A stretch of DNA of 64,000 nt from an uncultured Chitinophagales bacterium (GTDB lineage: Bacteria; Bacteroidota; Ignavibacteria; UBA10030; F1-140-MAGs086), in the NCBI GenBank assembly GCA_964358705.1, contig CAYHPL010000002.1:173017-237016 (forward strand). The letters run 5' to 3'. The first letter of the stretch is position 1. Each line of letters starts with the position of its first letter. The notes under the pieces were generated by a model that was not told the origin of the DNA, did no database searches, and worked only from the letters and a program-made list of their open reading frames with translations. Shown piece after piece: positions 1 to 10,066 of the stretch. A program made the translations under genes and the position numbers.

Positions 1-211
1 GCCAGGTTGTGCCCGTTGCAGATTTATATTCTAATTTCCAACCGGAAAGGTCAATAACTGCGTCAGTAGGATTGTACAGTTCACAGAATTCATCCGTCGC
101 TGCCGATGAGCCGCGCGTTGCAAATTCTGATATTACAAGATGTTGTGCATTCACGATTACTGAAGTAAAAGCGAAAAGTACAATTAAAAACAATGTGTGA
201 AGTTTATTCAT
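1..211 (-). CDS. Secreted lamin-tail-domain (LTD) protein, 5' part only. The ATG is at 211-209 and the gene continues beyond the window start.
   Basis: Reverse-strand translation from the ATG at 211 gives MNKLHTLFLIVLFAFTSVIVNAQ, a signal peptide. It is followed by HLVISEF..DEFCELYNPTDAVIDLSGWKLEY, which matches the LTD signature. The ORF runs open to the window edge and is absent from the ORF track because it has no stop in the window. Confidence 0.5.
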   Translation of the reverse strand, partial: MNKLHTLFLIVLFAFTSVIVNAQHLVISEFATRGSSAATDEFCELYNPTDAVIDLSGWKLEYKSATGTTW

Positions 212-240
212 TTGAGTATAGTTAGTAAAAAAATATGGTG

Positions 241-313
241 TGCCCTCGACAAGACTCGAACTTGTATTAGAAGTTTAGGAAACTCCCGTTCTTTCCTGTT
301 GAACTACGAGGGC
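241..313 (-). tRNA. tRNA-Arg (anticodon CCT)
   Basis: The reverse complement folds as a cloverleaf: acceptor GCCCTCG/CGAGGGC, D-arm GTTC..GAAC, anticodon stem GGAGT/ACTTC with loop TTCCTAA (U33, anticodon CCT, A37), T-arm ACAAG-TTCGAGT-CTTGT, discriminator A. CCA is not encoded. Confidence 0.8.
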
Positions 314-572
314 AATATTTTTTGGAAAATTGCGTGAATCGTTTGGAGGAACAGCAAAAAATGCGTGATTAAAATAGGGAAAACTTGCAACTGCAACAAA
401 GAACGATTCCGTATTTCAGATTTTAAAAAAGAAAAGCGAAGCGTATTTTCTGTACACTAATTTTTCAACATTTTATTTTGCCAACGCATTGAAAAACCGT
501 ATTATTAACGCCAATAATTTTGAGAGTTTCTCTCAACACTATATTTACTAATAAAAATTACAAACAATAATA

Positions 573-1280
573 ATGAAACAAACCGGATTAATGATTCTCC
601 TTGCTTCAAGCGCGTTACTTTTCGCATGCCAAAGCAATACACAGGAAAAAATAACACTCAAGAGTTTTAAAGACAGCGTAAGTTACAGTATCGGAACGGA
701 CATTGGCAAAAACTTTAAGCATCAGGAACTTGATATTGATACAAAAATACTCGAGCAGGGTATTCGCGATGTATTGGACAGCGCGAAACTTCAACTGTCA
801 GAAGATGAAATGAAAGGCGTGATGGAAAATTTTCGCAAGGGAATAATGGCAAAACAGGAGGAGAAAATGAAAGCGCAGACCGAAAGCAATGTGAAAGAAG
901 GCGAAGCATTTCTTGAAGAAAATAAAAAGAAAGAAGGCGTTGTAACTATGCCAAGCGGATTGCAATATAAAGTCATAAAAAACGGCACAGGACCAAAACC
1001 AACAGCAGAACAAACTGTCAGCGTCAATTATCGCGGCAAATTTCTCGATGGAAAAGAATTTGATAATTCTTATGATAGAGGAGAGCCGGTATCATTTCAG
1101 GTGAGCGGCGTAATTCCCGGCTGGACAGAAGCATTGCAATTAATGTCAGTCGGTTCAAAATGGGAATTGTATATTCCTTCAAAATTGGGATATGGAACCC
1201 ACGGTGCCGGTCAGGTTATTCCGCCGAATGCAACATTGATTTTTGACGTTGAACTTCTTGAAATCAAAGCGAGCGAATAA
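573..1280 (+). CDS. fkpA: FKBP-type peptidyl-prolyl cis-trans isomerase. It has an N-terminal dimerisation helix and a lipoprotein-like signal (LLFAC).
   Basis: The C-terminal FKBP domain reads GLQYKVIKNGTG..VSVNYRGKFLDGKEFDNSYDRGEPVSFQVSGVIPGWTEALQLMSVGSKWELYIPSKLGYG..IPPNATLIFDVELLEI. Confidence 0.9.
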   Translation: MKQTGLMILLASSALLFACQSNTQEKITLKSFKDSVSYSIGTDIGKNFKHQELDIDTKILEQGIRDVLDSAKLQLSEDEMKGVMENFRKGIMAKQEEKMKAQTESNVKEGEAFLEENKKKEGVVTMPSGLQYKVIKNGTGPKPTAEQTVSVNYRGKFLDGKEFDNSYDRGEPVSFQVSGVIPGWTEALQLMSVGSKWELYIPSKLGYGTHGAGQVIPPNATLIFDVELLEIKASE

Positions 1281-1322
1281 ATTAAATTTCTCCGTAATAC
1301 AAATTTAATAATTACAGAAAAT

Positions 1323-1359
1323 GGAGTCTGTGCTTGATAAAAAAATCTTCGCAGACTCC
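1323..1359. terminator. Hairpin between convergent fkpA (+) and the BNR gene (-). Likely a bidirectional terminator.
   Basis: GGAGTCTG...CAGACTCC forms an 8-bp stem. T-rich sequence follows on both strands, though weakly. Confidence 0.35.
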
Positions 1360-1385
1360 ATTTTATATTCATTCAAATCCCGCTA

Positions 1386-4160
1386 TTATTTCGCCATCAG
1401 CATTTTATATGAATCTGTAAATTCTCTTCCGTCATTTCCCTGAGCGCGCATCTTACATAAGTAGAGACCGCTGGAAAGATTCGTTCCATCAAATATTATT
1501 TCGTAGTATCCCGCCTCTTTCAATCCGTTTATTATTTCTGCTACTTGTTTCCCATTTAAATCGTATATAGTTATTGTAACCGTTGCATCAACCGGTAATG
1601 CAAATTTTATTACAGTTTTTGGATTAAAGGGATTTGGGTAGTTTTGAAATAAGGAGAACTCTTTTGGAAGCTCGCGTAAATTATTTGTACGCATTTTCTG
1701 TTCATTCGGAATATCATGCGTAAGTATTTGAACGACATTTGAAATAACAGAATAGTTCGATGATGAATCCATTGTTTTTACATAGTAAAATAAACTCAAT
1801 GTATCACCATCCCAATATAAGTTTTCAGAAGCATCAGAATACGAAGTACCTGTTGTGGTTGCTCTGTATTGAAATGAGCCAGTCCATCCGCGCCGTTTGT
1901 ATATTTTGTATTCCTTTCTATCACTTTCCTCCGTGTGTTGCCAATAAATTGTAGGATGCACCTGACCTTCTTCCAAGACACTTATTGTTGGCGCTTCAGG
2001 AGCAGGATCAATTTTAAAAACACCTCCTGCTGTTGCCGCATAAATAATTCTTTTGTTTGTTGGATCACTTCGCAAATCATTCACCGGCTTCGGAAGTGTT
2101 GTGATATTCACAGAGTCCCACGAATTGCCGCCGTTCGTGGTTTTAAAAATCTGATTACCATTTGCAGTAAAAATCCAAACGTGATTGACTGAGGAAGGAT
2201 AACTTGGATGCATTAATATACGCTTTGTTCCGTTGAATGGCGTGTTTATTGATGAAACATTTGAAAAACCATTAACAGATTTCCACAGACTATCATCGCC
2301 TCCTGCATAGACAGTTTGCGCCGTTGTCGTGTTTTTACCATTCACTGCTATAGAACGAATACCATATCCGGATAATTTTTGACTCCACACATCTCCACCA
2401 TCGGAAGATTTGTATACTCCCGATGTCCCACCTAATCCAGCGTATAAGTTTTTTGAATGATAACTTCCATCAAATGAAATTCCCTCGCTTGTATCTATTG
2501 CCAAACAATAGACTGGGACAGAGGCAGTTCCGATTTCTTTACGGTAATTATTATTCGAAGCGGGCCAAGTTTTTCCGGTATCTTTGCTGATATAAAAATT
2601 ATAAGATGCTGTACACGTTCCACCAAGATATACTCTGGCGGAACCTATCTTCGGATCTGATGCAACGACATAAAATCGAGTTACAAAATTTGATGTAGGA
2701 TTTATATCTATTTTTTGCCATACACCATTACTTGTCATACGTACGTATGCGGCTGACTCTCTGTCATCTGTTCCAAAATGATCATTATTCCACTTCCCGC
2801 TATCGCCGCAAACGTATGCAAAATCAGGAAATTTTGAATTGATGTCTGCACACTCTCCACTAAAGTTTCTGCTTGGCTCGCCGTTTTTTTGTTTGATGCC
2901 GATAAATATGGGCCAATTCCAACCGCTATTATAGCGGATGACTGATGAATAATATTTACTAACAGTTATGTTTTCTGCAGCGCGTGGTGCTACGGAATTT
3001 ATGTTGAGAGCCATATATCCTGCATTTATATCCATCCACGCAACTCCTAAATTTGTACTTTTATAAACGGATGTGAATGTTGAGAGATACACTGTATTTC
3101 CTGTTGCATCGTCCAAATCGAATACAATGTATCTTGCATCCTTATCGCTCCATTCTGAATCATTACGCAGAGACCAATTTTCACCGCGATCGGTACTCAA
3201 TGCAAATCCTTCGTCTGTTGCAGCAACGAGTGTTTCTGGCTTTACAGGATGTACTTTCATTGCATTGACAATTTCTATGCCGTTACCCATATCATCTGAT
3301 TTTTCGTTCCATGTTGAGCCAAAATCGGAAGAATAGAATATTTGTGCTGCATTTGTACCTTTATTTGCAGCAAGCAAATACGTATTTGATGCTTTAATAG
3401 ATAGAGCCAATGCTGATATGTTACTGTGACTTGATGAAAGCCCGTTGTCGTAAATGCTTTGACGATGCCAATATAATCCGCCGTCAGTTGATTGCCAGAT
3501 GCCTTTCTCTTTGACCGTTTTTGTTTCTTCATCATCAGTTTTTGGTGGTTCAACTATATCATCCTCTGAGCCGCCCACCCACACGTAGTTTTGATAACTT
3601 CCCGCTAACGGATACGGTAATATTGCGTTTATATACATTCGTACGCTGTCACGAAAATATTCATTGGCTTCAAAATTTTCACCATTATCATCACTTCGGA
3701 AAAAATTTGCAAACGATGAAGTATCTGGTATTTTATCCATTCCGAAAAATGCAAGGTTCGGATCTCCCTCTGAGATTTCTATACTTTGAACATAGAGCCC
3801 TCCTCCTGGTCTACCAGCAGGCGTTACTTCAGGCCATAAATTTCCACCACTTGTAGTTCTGTGTATAAATGCTATACTTCGTACTCCAAGTACGACATTT
3901 GGATTGTTTTTTTGGCAAGCGACCAAAACGGGAGCGCCGGGAAAAATTTCTGATGGTGAATTCCACGAAGTTCCTCCATTTGATGAATAACGCATTTGCT
4001 CTCCATCATTTGCGACCCAGATTTTTTGTGTTGAGCCGCTTTTACCTATTGATAAGCCCAGTGAAGGGTATTTTCTATTTGGACCGTTTGTATTCGTCCA
4101 ACTCTGTCCGTATGATTCTTGTAATGTGCAGGCGAGAAGTGCAAACATCGTCATAAGCAT
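1386..4160 (-). CDS. BNR/Asp-box repeat secreted protein (sialidase-like or sortilin-like beta-propeller) with a T9SS C-terminal sorting domain
   Basis: There are multiple S-x-D-x-G-x-T-W Asp-boxes: STDGGLYW, SSDFGSTW, STDRGENW, STNLGVAW, SKDTGKTW, SSDGGDVW, TTNGGNSW. The C-terminus is LFQNYPNPFNPKTVIKFALP...IYDLNGKQV..GLYLCKMRA, a Por_Secre_tail. The start is taken at the internal MLMTMFALLACTLQ signal peptide (ATG 4160). The longer ORF to 4391 has no signal peptide. Confidence 0.8.
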   Translation of the reverse strand: MLMTMFALLACTLQESYGQSWTNTNGPNRKYPSLGLSIGKSGSTQKIWVANDGEQMRYSSNGGTSWNSPSEIFPGAPVLVACQKNNPNVVLGVRSIAFIHRTTSGGNLWPEVTPAGRPGGGLYVQSIEISEGDPNLAFFGMDKIPDTSSFANFFRSDDNGENFEANEYFRDSVRMYINAILPYPLAGSYQNYVWVGGSEDDIVEPPKTDDEETKTVKEKGIWQSTDGGLYWHRQSIYDNGLSSSHSNISALALSIKASNTYLLAANKGTNAAQIFYSSDFGSTWNEKSDDMGNGIEIVNAMKVHPVKPETLVAATDEGFALSTDRGENWSLRNDSEWSDKDARYIVFDLDDATGNTVYLSTFTSVYKSTNLGVAWMDINAGYMALNINSVAPRAAENITVSKYYSSVIRYNSGWNWPIFIGIKQKNGEPSRNFSGECADINSKFPDFAYVCGDSGKWNNDHFGTDDRESAAYVRMTSNGVWQKIDINPTSNFVTRFYVVASDPKIGSARVYLGGTCTASYNFYISKDTGKTWPASNNNYRKEIGTASVPVYCLAIDTSEGISFDGSYHSKNLYAGLGGTSGVYKSSDGGDVWSQKLSGYGIRSIAVNGKNTTTAQTVYAGGDDSLWKSVNGFSNVSSINTPFNGTKRILMHPSYPSSVNHVWIFTANGNQIFKTTNGGNSWDSVNITTLPKPVNDLRSDPTNKRIIYAATAGGVFKIDPAPEAPTISVLEEGQVHPTIYWQHTEESDRKEYKIYKRRGWTGSFQYRATTTGTSYSDASENLYWDGDTLSLFYYVKTMDSSSNYSVISNVVQILTHDIPNEQKMRTNNLRELPKEFSLFQNYPNPFNPKTVIKFALPVDATVTITIYDLNGKQVAEIINGLKEAGYYEIIFDGTNLSSGLYLCKMRAQGNDGREFTDSYKMLMAK

Positions 4161-4486
4161 TATCTGCTTAATAGACGAAGAGTTTTTCAATGTTTGATTG
4201 TAAAACATAATAATTAAAAAAAAATGCGGCATACTGTTATATTGCCAAGACACAAAATAAAAATATACCGCGAGTTTTCGATATATTTGCAATGCAATAA
4301 TGCGGTTTAGCGATAAAGTTTGGATACGTCTGTCGCAGAAATCGTTGCTATTGCATTCTGTAGTAGTGGCATCTGCCTTGGTAGATGCCATTGCTGTTTT
4401 AAGACAGCAAACTCTTTTGTTAATTATCTTCTCACATGTGAAGTTATGTGTAAAGAGACCTCTAAAAAAGTCACATAAAATTAAAT

Positions 4487-4530
4487 GTCATTCCCGCGAA
4501 AGCGGGAATCCATTGAAGAATAATGGATCC
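4487..4530. repeat. Palindromic fragment GTCATTCCCGCGAAAGCGGGAATCC. It is a partial copy of the hairpin-rich repeat element seen at 35613-35682 and 55905-56045.
   Basis: It is a perfect inverted repeat, CATTCCCGC-GAAA-GCGGGAATC. It is near-identical to TTGTCTTTCCCGCGAAAGCGTGAATC at 35613. Confidence 0.6.
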
Positions 4531-4582
4531 CTAATCAAGTGCGGAAGGAGAAATGGGCTTTTCAGATGTCTCGTTGAGAATA

Positions 4583-6067
4583 TTATTTCATCAAAACCAT
4601 TTTTTTCGTAATAACAGATGTTTTTCCAGTTGCATCTGTTACAGACAGGCGGTAAAAATACAGTCCGCTTGCAAAACCTTCCGCATTCCACTCAGCACTG
4701 TGTTCCCCCGGCTCCATTTTTTCATTCACTATAACTGCCACTTCTTCTCCCAAAATATCATATATTTTTAGTGATACATTTCCAACAGCCATTAATGAAA
4801 AGCCAATAACCGTCTGCGGATTGAATGGATTGGGATAGTTTTGCTCTAGTACAATTGCTTTCGGTAGTTCGTTGGTTTCATCAGGTGAGGAAGTTAAAAG
4901 AGAGCCGTGACGGTAAAAAATATGGAATCCTGTTGTTGTATATCTGTACCAAACAATGTGGAATCCGGATGAGGAAATTGCACTCTTTGGTTTAAGATTT
5001 TTCTCAGTATTCGATGTATCTGTCGGAAAGCAAATAGAAGTCCAGGTGTTTCCCGTATCCAAACTATAACGAAACTGAATATGTGAATTCGATATTGAAA
5101 TTGTCTTTGCCCATGCAAATCCGACAATATTATTCATTATTGCAAATTTTCCATTTTCTGCTGGCAAACCATCAGATTGGTTTGTCAATAATATTTCCTC
5201 TGACCATGATTTCCCGCTGTTTTTGGAAAGCCTCATTGGGATACTACACCCTATATCAATGCAACCAAATTTAGCATCTTTCCAGAGAGTATATACATAA
5301 TGTGATATATTTACTCCGATTGAAATATTTGACGAAAAATTTCCATCGTTTGTTGAGAGCATTGTGGACGGTTGCCATGAGTTTCCTAAATCACTTGACT
5401 TAGTAAATCGCACTTCGCCATTTACTGTGTCTCCAAATACTCTATGTAATAAGCCATCGGGTGCAATCTCCACTTTATCTGCATACCACGTCATTACTGC
5501 TGATTGTGGGTTATACCAATAACTGCCGCCGTCAGTGGAGAGTGAAAATTTCCATTCTGAACTGTTATAATTCTCTCTATAAATAATAAGGACAGAGTCC
5601 CCATTTATTGATGCATATAGTAATTGACTGGTAGTGTCATTAGTAACCTGTAATGGCTGACTCCAATTTACTCCCGCATCAGAAGAAAAAAACAAAAAAA
5701 CAGGTGAAAATCCCTGCCCTGAAGTTCCAGCGATAAATAAGAAAACTTTATTTTTATTTGCAACAATCTTTTGATAGGGAGCTTGGAGAAAATCAGGATA
5801 ATTTTGTAATAAATCTCTGGGTTGCTCAAATGTTAATCCACCGTCTGTGGATCGTGTATAAGGCAGTTTGTAAAAATTTTCATCCCCCCTCCAGGTGACA
5901 TGAATAGTATCTCCCTGTGCCCACAATTCCGGCAAGACATCGTTTGCACTATCAAGAGATATCAGCACACTTTGTCCCCACACCAATCCGCAACTTGTGT
6001 CCCGTGCAAAAGAAATCTGAGTTAATCCAAAATAATACACAAACATTCCAAAAATCCACAAATTCAT
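4583..6067 (-). CDS. BNR/Asp-box repeat secreted protein with a T9SS C-terminal sorting domain. A second, tandem paralog of 1386..4160.
   Basis: Asp-boxes are STDGGLTF, SSDAGVNW, STDGGSYW, SSDLGNSW, SKNSGKSW, SLDTGNTW. The C-terminus is LEQNYPNPFNPQTVIGFSL...IYDILGEEV...GLYFYRL. The start is at MNLWIFGMFVYYFGLTQISFA, a signal peptide (ATG 6067). Confidence 0.8.
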   Translation of the reverse strand: MNLWIFGMFVYYFGLTQISFARDTSCGLVWGQSVLISLDSANDVLPELWAQGDTIHVTWRGDENFYKLPYTRSTDGGLTFEQPRDLLQNYPDFLQAPYQKIVANKNKVFLFIAGTSGQGFSPVFLFFSSDAGVNWSQPLQVTNDTTSQLLYASINGDSVLIIYRENYNSSEWKFSLSTDGGSYWYNPQSAVMTWYADKVEIAPDGLLHRVFGDTVNGEVRFTKSSDLGNSWQPSTMLSTNDGNFSSNISIGVNISHYVYTLWKDAKFGCIDIGCSIPMRLSKNSGKSWSEEILLTNQSDGLPAENGKFAIMNNIVGFAWAKTISISNSHIQFRYSLDTGNTWTSICFPTDTSNTEKNLKPKSAISSSGFHIVWYRYTTTGFHIFYRHGSLLTSSPDETNELPKAIVLEQNYPNPFNPQTVIGFSLMAVGNVSLKIYDILGEEVAVIVNEKMEPGEHSAEWNAEGFASGLYFYRLSVTDATGKTSVITKKMVLMK

Positions 6068-6479
6068 TTGCACAGTGAACTGGGATTTTTTTACTAATCT
6101 AAAAATCGTTGATAAAGTCATAAAATATATACACTGTTTTGGTTTAGAATTGAAAATAATATGATTTTTACTGCACACTAAAAATAGTGTTGATTTTAAA
6201 GTCTCAATATGTGTGCCATACTAAATATTGCGTTTTTAATCAATTTTTCAAAAAAAAAAAAAAAATAGATGTCAAAACAAATATTTATTTTTCTCAACTA
6301 TGATATATGAAATATCAAGAATGAAAATTATTTATATAAAATATGATTATTTTCTTACAGAGTTATTTCTCCGTTATTTGAATAAAAATTCAAAAGTATC
6401 ACACCTTTTTTTCCTTGTTTTTCATAATGTTATTCAATAACTTTTCCCCGCATTTTTTTTAAAATTGCTCTAAGTTTAC

Positions 6480-7292
6480 TTGAATAACAATCACTCGTCT
6501 ATACCGTCCCGATTATACGATACCATCCGTGTAACAGCCGAAGAATCCATTGCAACAATTACGTTGTTTCGTCCTGAAAAACGCAACGCACTGAATGATG
6601 CAATGGTGCAGGAACTCACGGATGTTTTTTCGTTTTTTTATCGCTCGCTTTCCATCCGCGCAATTATTTTAAAAGGAGAAGGTGCATCTTTTTGCGCCGG
6701 CGCAGATTTGGAGTATTTGCAAAAACTTTCTGCATATTCTCTTGAACAAAATCAGGAAGATTCCCGTAATCTGATGAAATTATTCCGCCTCATTTATGAG
6801 TTGAAAAAACCTGTTATTGCAATCGTGAAAGGACCTGCACTCGCTGGTGGATGTGGACTTGCAACGGTGTGCGATTTTATTTTTGCATCGAAAGAAAAAG
6901 CAAAATTCGGTTATACAGAAGCGCGCATCGGATTCATTCCGGCAATCGTTATGATTTTTCTTGTGCGCCGCATTGGCGAGGGACGCGCGCGCGAAATGGT
7001 TTTGAGCAGCAGAATTTTTTCAGCAAAAGAAGCCTACGATATCGGTTTAATTTCCGATGTGATTGACGATGAAGATGTTGAGCAATTTTCCTACGAATTT
7101 ACGAAGCAACTTATTGAAGAAAACAGCCCGTCGTCTCTCGCGCGTTCAAAAGAAATGTTTGCGACAATTTCCGATATGGAATTAACAAAAGCCCTTGATT
7201 ACGCCGCGATGATGAATGCCGTTACAAGAATGAGCGCAGATTGTAAAAAAGGCATTGCTTCTTTTTTGAATAAAGAAAAAATCGTGTGGTAG
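6480..7292 (+). CDS. Enoyl-CoA hydratase/isomerase (crotonase) family protein
   Basis: The crotonase fold motifs are ATITLFRPEKRNALNDAM, FCAGADL and PVIAIVKGPALAGGCGLA. Confidence 0.85.
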   Translation: MNNNHSSIPSRLYDTIRVTAEESIATITLFRPEKRNALNDAMVQELTDVFSFFYRSLSIRAIILKGEGASFCAGADLEYLQKLSAYSLEQNQEDSRNLMKLFRLIYELKKPVIAIVKGPALAGGCGLATVCDFIFASKEKAKFGYTEARIGFIPAIVMIFLVRRIGEGRAREMVLSSRIFSAKEAYDIGLISDVIDDEDVEQFSYEFTKQLIEENSPSSLARSKEMFATISDMELTKALDYAAMMNAVTRMSADCKKGIASFLNKEKIVW

Positions 7293-7348
7293 TGTTTGAA
7301 GCAAGAAGCAAGAAGTCAGAAACAAGAAGTAAAAATTTGTAATTTAAC

Positions 7349-7930
7349 GTGAAGCAAATATCTACGAGCCAACAGATAAAAACTAAAAGTAAACCTTCCA
7401 TTAATTTCAAAAAGTATATTCGCAACGTTCCTGATTTTCCGAAATCGGGAATTATGTTTCGCGATATTACTACGCTTTTGATGAATGAGAAAGTTCTTCG
7501 TGCGGCGGTAGATGCGCTCGCAAAAAAATTTCAAAGAAAAAAAATTCAAAAAATTATTGCAATCGAATCACGGGGATTTATTTTCGGCGCAATGCTTGCG
7601 TATAAACTGAAATGCGGTTTTGTTCCCGTACGCAAACCGAATAAACTTCCGATGGTTGGCTTACTTATTTGTCAGGAATACTCTCTCGAATATGGAAAAG
7701 ACAAATTGGAAATGCACAGTGATGCGCTGAAAAAAAATGAGCGTGTTGTATTGATTGATGATTTGCTTGCAACGGGCGGAACAATGGAAGCGGCTTGCTG
7801 GATGGTTGAAAAAACTGGCGCGAAAATTCAAGGCATTGCATTTCTCATTGAACTCGATTTTTTACACGGACGTGATAAATTAAAAAATTACGATGTCTTT
7901 TCGTTAGTTCACTACATTGATGAAAAATGA
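7349..7930 (+). CDS. apt: Adenine phosphoribosyltransferase
   Basis: Diagnostic motifs are IRNVPDFPKSGIMFRDIT, IAIESRGFIFGA and the PRPP-binding VVLIDDLLATGGT. Confidence 0.9.
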   Translation: MKQISTSQQIKTKSKPSINFKKYIRNVPDFPKSGIMFRDITTLLMNEKVLRAAVDALAKKFQRKKIQKIIAIESRGFIFGAMLAYKLKCGFVPVRKPNKLPMVGLLICQEYSLEYGKDKLEMHSDALKKNERVVLIDDLLATGGTMEAACWMVEKTGAKIQGIAFLIELDFLHGRDKLKNYDVFSLVHYIDEK

Positions 7931-9297
7931 AAACAATAATTGAGCCATTCCGTATTAAATCTGTCGAGCCGATTCGTTTTACTTCGATAGAAGAGCGAAA
8001 AGAAATATTGCGCAATGCTTTTTTCAATCCGTTTTTTATCAAAGCGGATGACGTGCTGATTGATTTGCTTACGGATAGCGGAACGTCTGCAATGAGCGCG
8101 AAACAATGGGCGGGAATTATGGAAGGCGATGAATCGTACGCAGGGGCACGGAGTTTTTTCCGATTTGAAAAAGCAGTGCATCAATTAACAGGATTGCAGC
8201 ATATTATTCCCACGCATCAGGGGCGCGCGGCGGAAAAAATTTTATTTTCTATTATTGGCGGTAAAGGAAAATTTATTCCGAATAATTCGCACTTTGATAC
8301 AACACGCGCCAATATAGAATTCAGCGGCGCAACAGCAGTAGATTTACCGACAGAAATTGGAAAACATCCCGAAATAATTGCGCCATTCAAAGGCAATATG
8401 GATGTTGTTGCGCTGGAAAATTTTATTCAGAAAACAGGAGCGGAAAATATTCCTGTAATTTTTATCACTGTTACCAATAATTCTCTTGGCGGACAACCTG
8501 TTTCGATGCAAAATATCCGCGAAGTGAAGGAAGTTGCAGTAAAATATAATCTTCCGTTATTTCTTGATGCGTGCAGATTTGCAGAGAACGCATATTTTAT
8601 CAAGTTGCGCGAAAAAGGTTATGCGGAAAAATCCGTACGGGAAATTGTGCAGGAAATGTTTTCGTATTGCGATGGAGCAACAATGAGCGCTAAAAAAGAT
8701 GCGCTTGTCAATATGGGAGGATTTCTCGCACTGAATGATGACGAACTCGCAATTAAATCGAGAAATCTTCTCGTGATAACAGAAGGGTTTCCAACGTATG
8801 GCGGGCTTGCAGGAAGAGATTTGGAAGCAATTGCGCAAGGGCTTGAAGAAGTGTTAGATGAACATTATTTACAGTATCGCCTTCGTTCAATAGAATATCT
8901 CGGTGAAAAATTAACACAGGCGGGAGTTCCGATTTTACAACCTCCCGGCGGTCACGCAATTTATCTTGATGCAAAAAAAATCGCTTCACATATTTCTCCC
9001 GAGCATTTTCCGGGACAGGCAGTCGTGTGCGATTTGTATGAGCGCGGTGGAATTCGCGGCGTGGAAATTGGCAGTGTGATGTTCGGAAAATATGACGCGC
9101 AGAAAAAATTTATTCCCGCTATGATGGAACTCGTCCGACTCGCTATTCCGCGCCGTGTGTACACACAAAGTCACATTGATTATGTCATCGAAGTCGTGGT
9201 GGATTCTTATAATCATCGTAATGAACTTCCCGGATATACAATTACTTGGGAGCCTCCGTTGCTTCGCCATTTTACCGCAAGATTCAATCAGCAATGA
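7927..9297 (+). CDS. tnaA: Tryptophanase / tyrosine phenol-lyase family beta-eliminating lyase
   Basis: The N-terminus EPFRIKSVEPIRFTSIEERKEIL..NPFFIKADDVLIDLLTDSGTSAMS..IPTHQGRAAE is characteristic of the TnaA/TPL family. It is about 456 aa. Its start overlaps the apt stop. Confidence 0.8.
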   Translation: MKTIIEPFRIKSVEPIRFTSIEERKEILRNAFFNPFFIKADDVLIDLLTDSGTSAMSAKQWAGIMEGDESYAGARSFFRFEKAVHQLTGLQHIIPTHQGRAAEKILFSIIGGKGKFIPNNSHFDTTRANIEFSGATAVDLPTEIGKHPEIIAPFKGNMDVVALENFIQKTGAENIPVIFITVTNNSLGGQPVSMQNIREVKEVAVKYNLPLFLDACRFAENAYFIKLREKGYAEKSVREIVQEMFSYCDGATMSAKKDALVNMGGFLALNDDELAIKSRNLLVITEGFPTYGGLAGRDLEAIAQGLEEVLDEHYLQYRLRSIEYLGEKLTQAGVPILQPPGGHAIYLDAKKIASHISPEHFPGQAVVCDLYERGGIRGVEIGSVMFGKYDAQKKFIPAMMELVRLAIPRRVYTQSHIDYVIEVVVDSYNHRNELPGYTITWEPPLLRHFTARFNQQ

Positions 9298-9665
9298 CAC
9301 GAGAACAGTTTGAAGACCTTGCGCAAATTGCTTATGACGAATTACCAGAATTTTTTAAACAAAAAATTGACAACGTGCGTATCATTGTCGAAGAGTATCC
9401 GACAGAAAAAGAAATGCACAGCGTCCATTTACGTTCAAAACATCACTTGCTCGGTTTGTATCAAGGCGTTCCAACAACATTTCGCAATACGTGGTATGGC
9501 GCAACTCCAATGATGCCCGATACAATTATTCTCTATCAAAAAAATATTGAGAGTGTTTGTACAACCGATGAGGAAATCGGGAAAAAAATACGGGATGTTC
9601 TCATACACGAAATTGCGCATTATTTTGGAATGAATGAAGAGCAGGTGCGCTCAGCAGGATATTAA
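9294..9665 (+). CDS. Zincin-like metallopeptidase family protein (HExxH)
   Basis: It contains the HEIAHYFG motif near the C-terminus. It resembles small DUF-type 'metallopeptidase family' proteins. Its ATG (9294) overlaps the tnaA stop codon as ATGA, which implies translational coupling. Confidence 0.6.
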   Translation: MTREQFEDLAQIAYDELPEFFKQKIDNVRIIVEEYPTEKEMHSVHLRSKHHLLGLYQGVPTTFRNTWYGATPMMPDTIILYQKNIESVCTTDEEIGKKIRDVLIHEIAHYFGMNEEQVRSAGY

Positions 9666-9725
9666 ATTTTATACGACTTCACAACTTAATTACTATTATA
9701 ATACAACTACTTAGAAAATTTACTT

Positions 9726-10028
9726 ATGGCACGAATAATTTTTACAACAGCTTATCAGGTTCACCCTGCGTTGCGCGCGTCGTATCTTTCGCTTGCAGAC
9801 GATATGAAAAAATATTTCCTTGACCAGAAAAATATTGATTTCAGCGTGTATGAACAGCAGGGAAAAGAAAATAATTTTTCCGAAGTGTTCATTTTTGAGA
9901 CGGAGGAAGAATTTGAAACGTACGAAGATGGCAAGGATGAACAATGGAAACAACTTGAGCATCGCCTCGAAGAATATGTTCTCGATGGAAAGATGCAATA
10001 TTCCGTACTTGTAGAGCGCGTTGAATAA
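9726..10028 (+). CDS. Hypothetical acidic small protein
   Basis: It is a clean 100-aa ORF with no competing ORF. No motif was recognised. Confidence 0.4.
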   Translation: MARIIFTTAYQVHPALRASYLSLADDMKKYFLDQKNIDFSVYEQQGKENNFSEVFIFETEEEFETYEDGKDEQWKQLEHRLEEYVLDGKMQYSVLVERVE

Positions 10029-10066
10029 CAGTACGTTTCCATATTAATTTTTATTTTACAATTCAA

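Noticed and set aside
9-200. 63-aa + strand ORF at the window start
   Set aside because: The opposite strand encodes a signal-peptide plus LTD-domain protein starting at 211. The + ORF is its antisense shadow.
4161-4391. Longer N-terminal extension of the 1386.. BNR protein (and likewise 6068..6178 for the second)
   Set aside because: The extensions lack signal peptides. The internal Met is followed by a classic signal peptide, so the shorter start is preferred.
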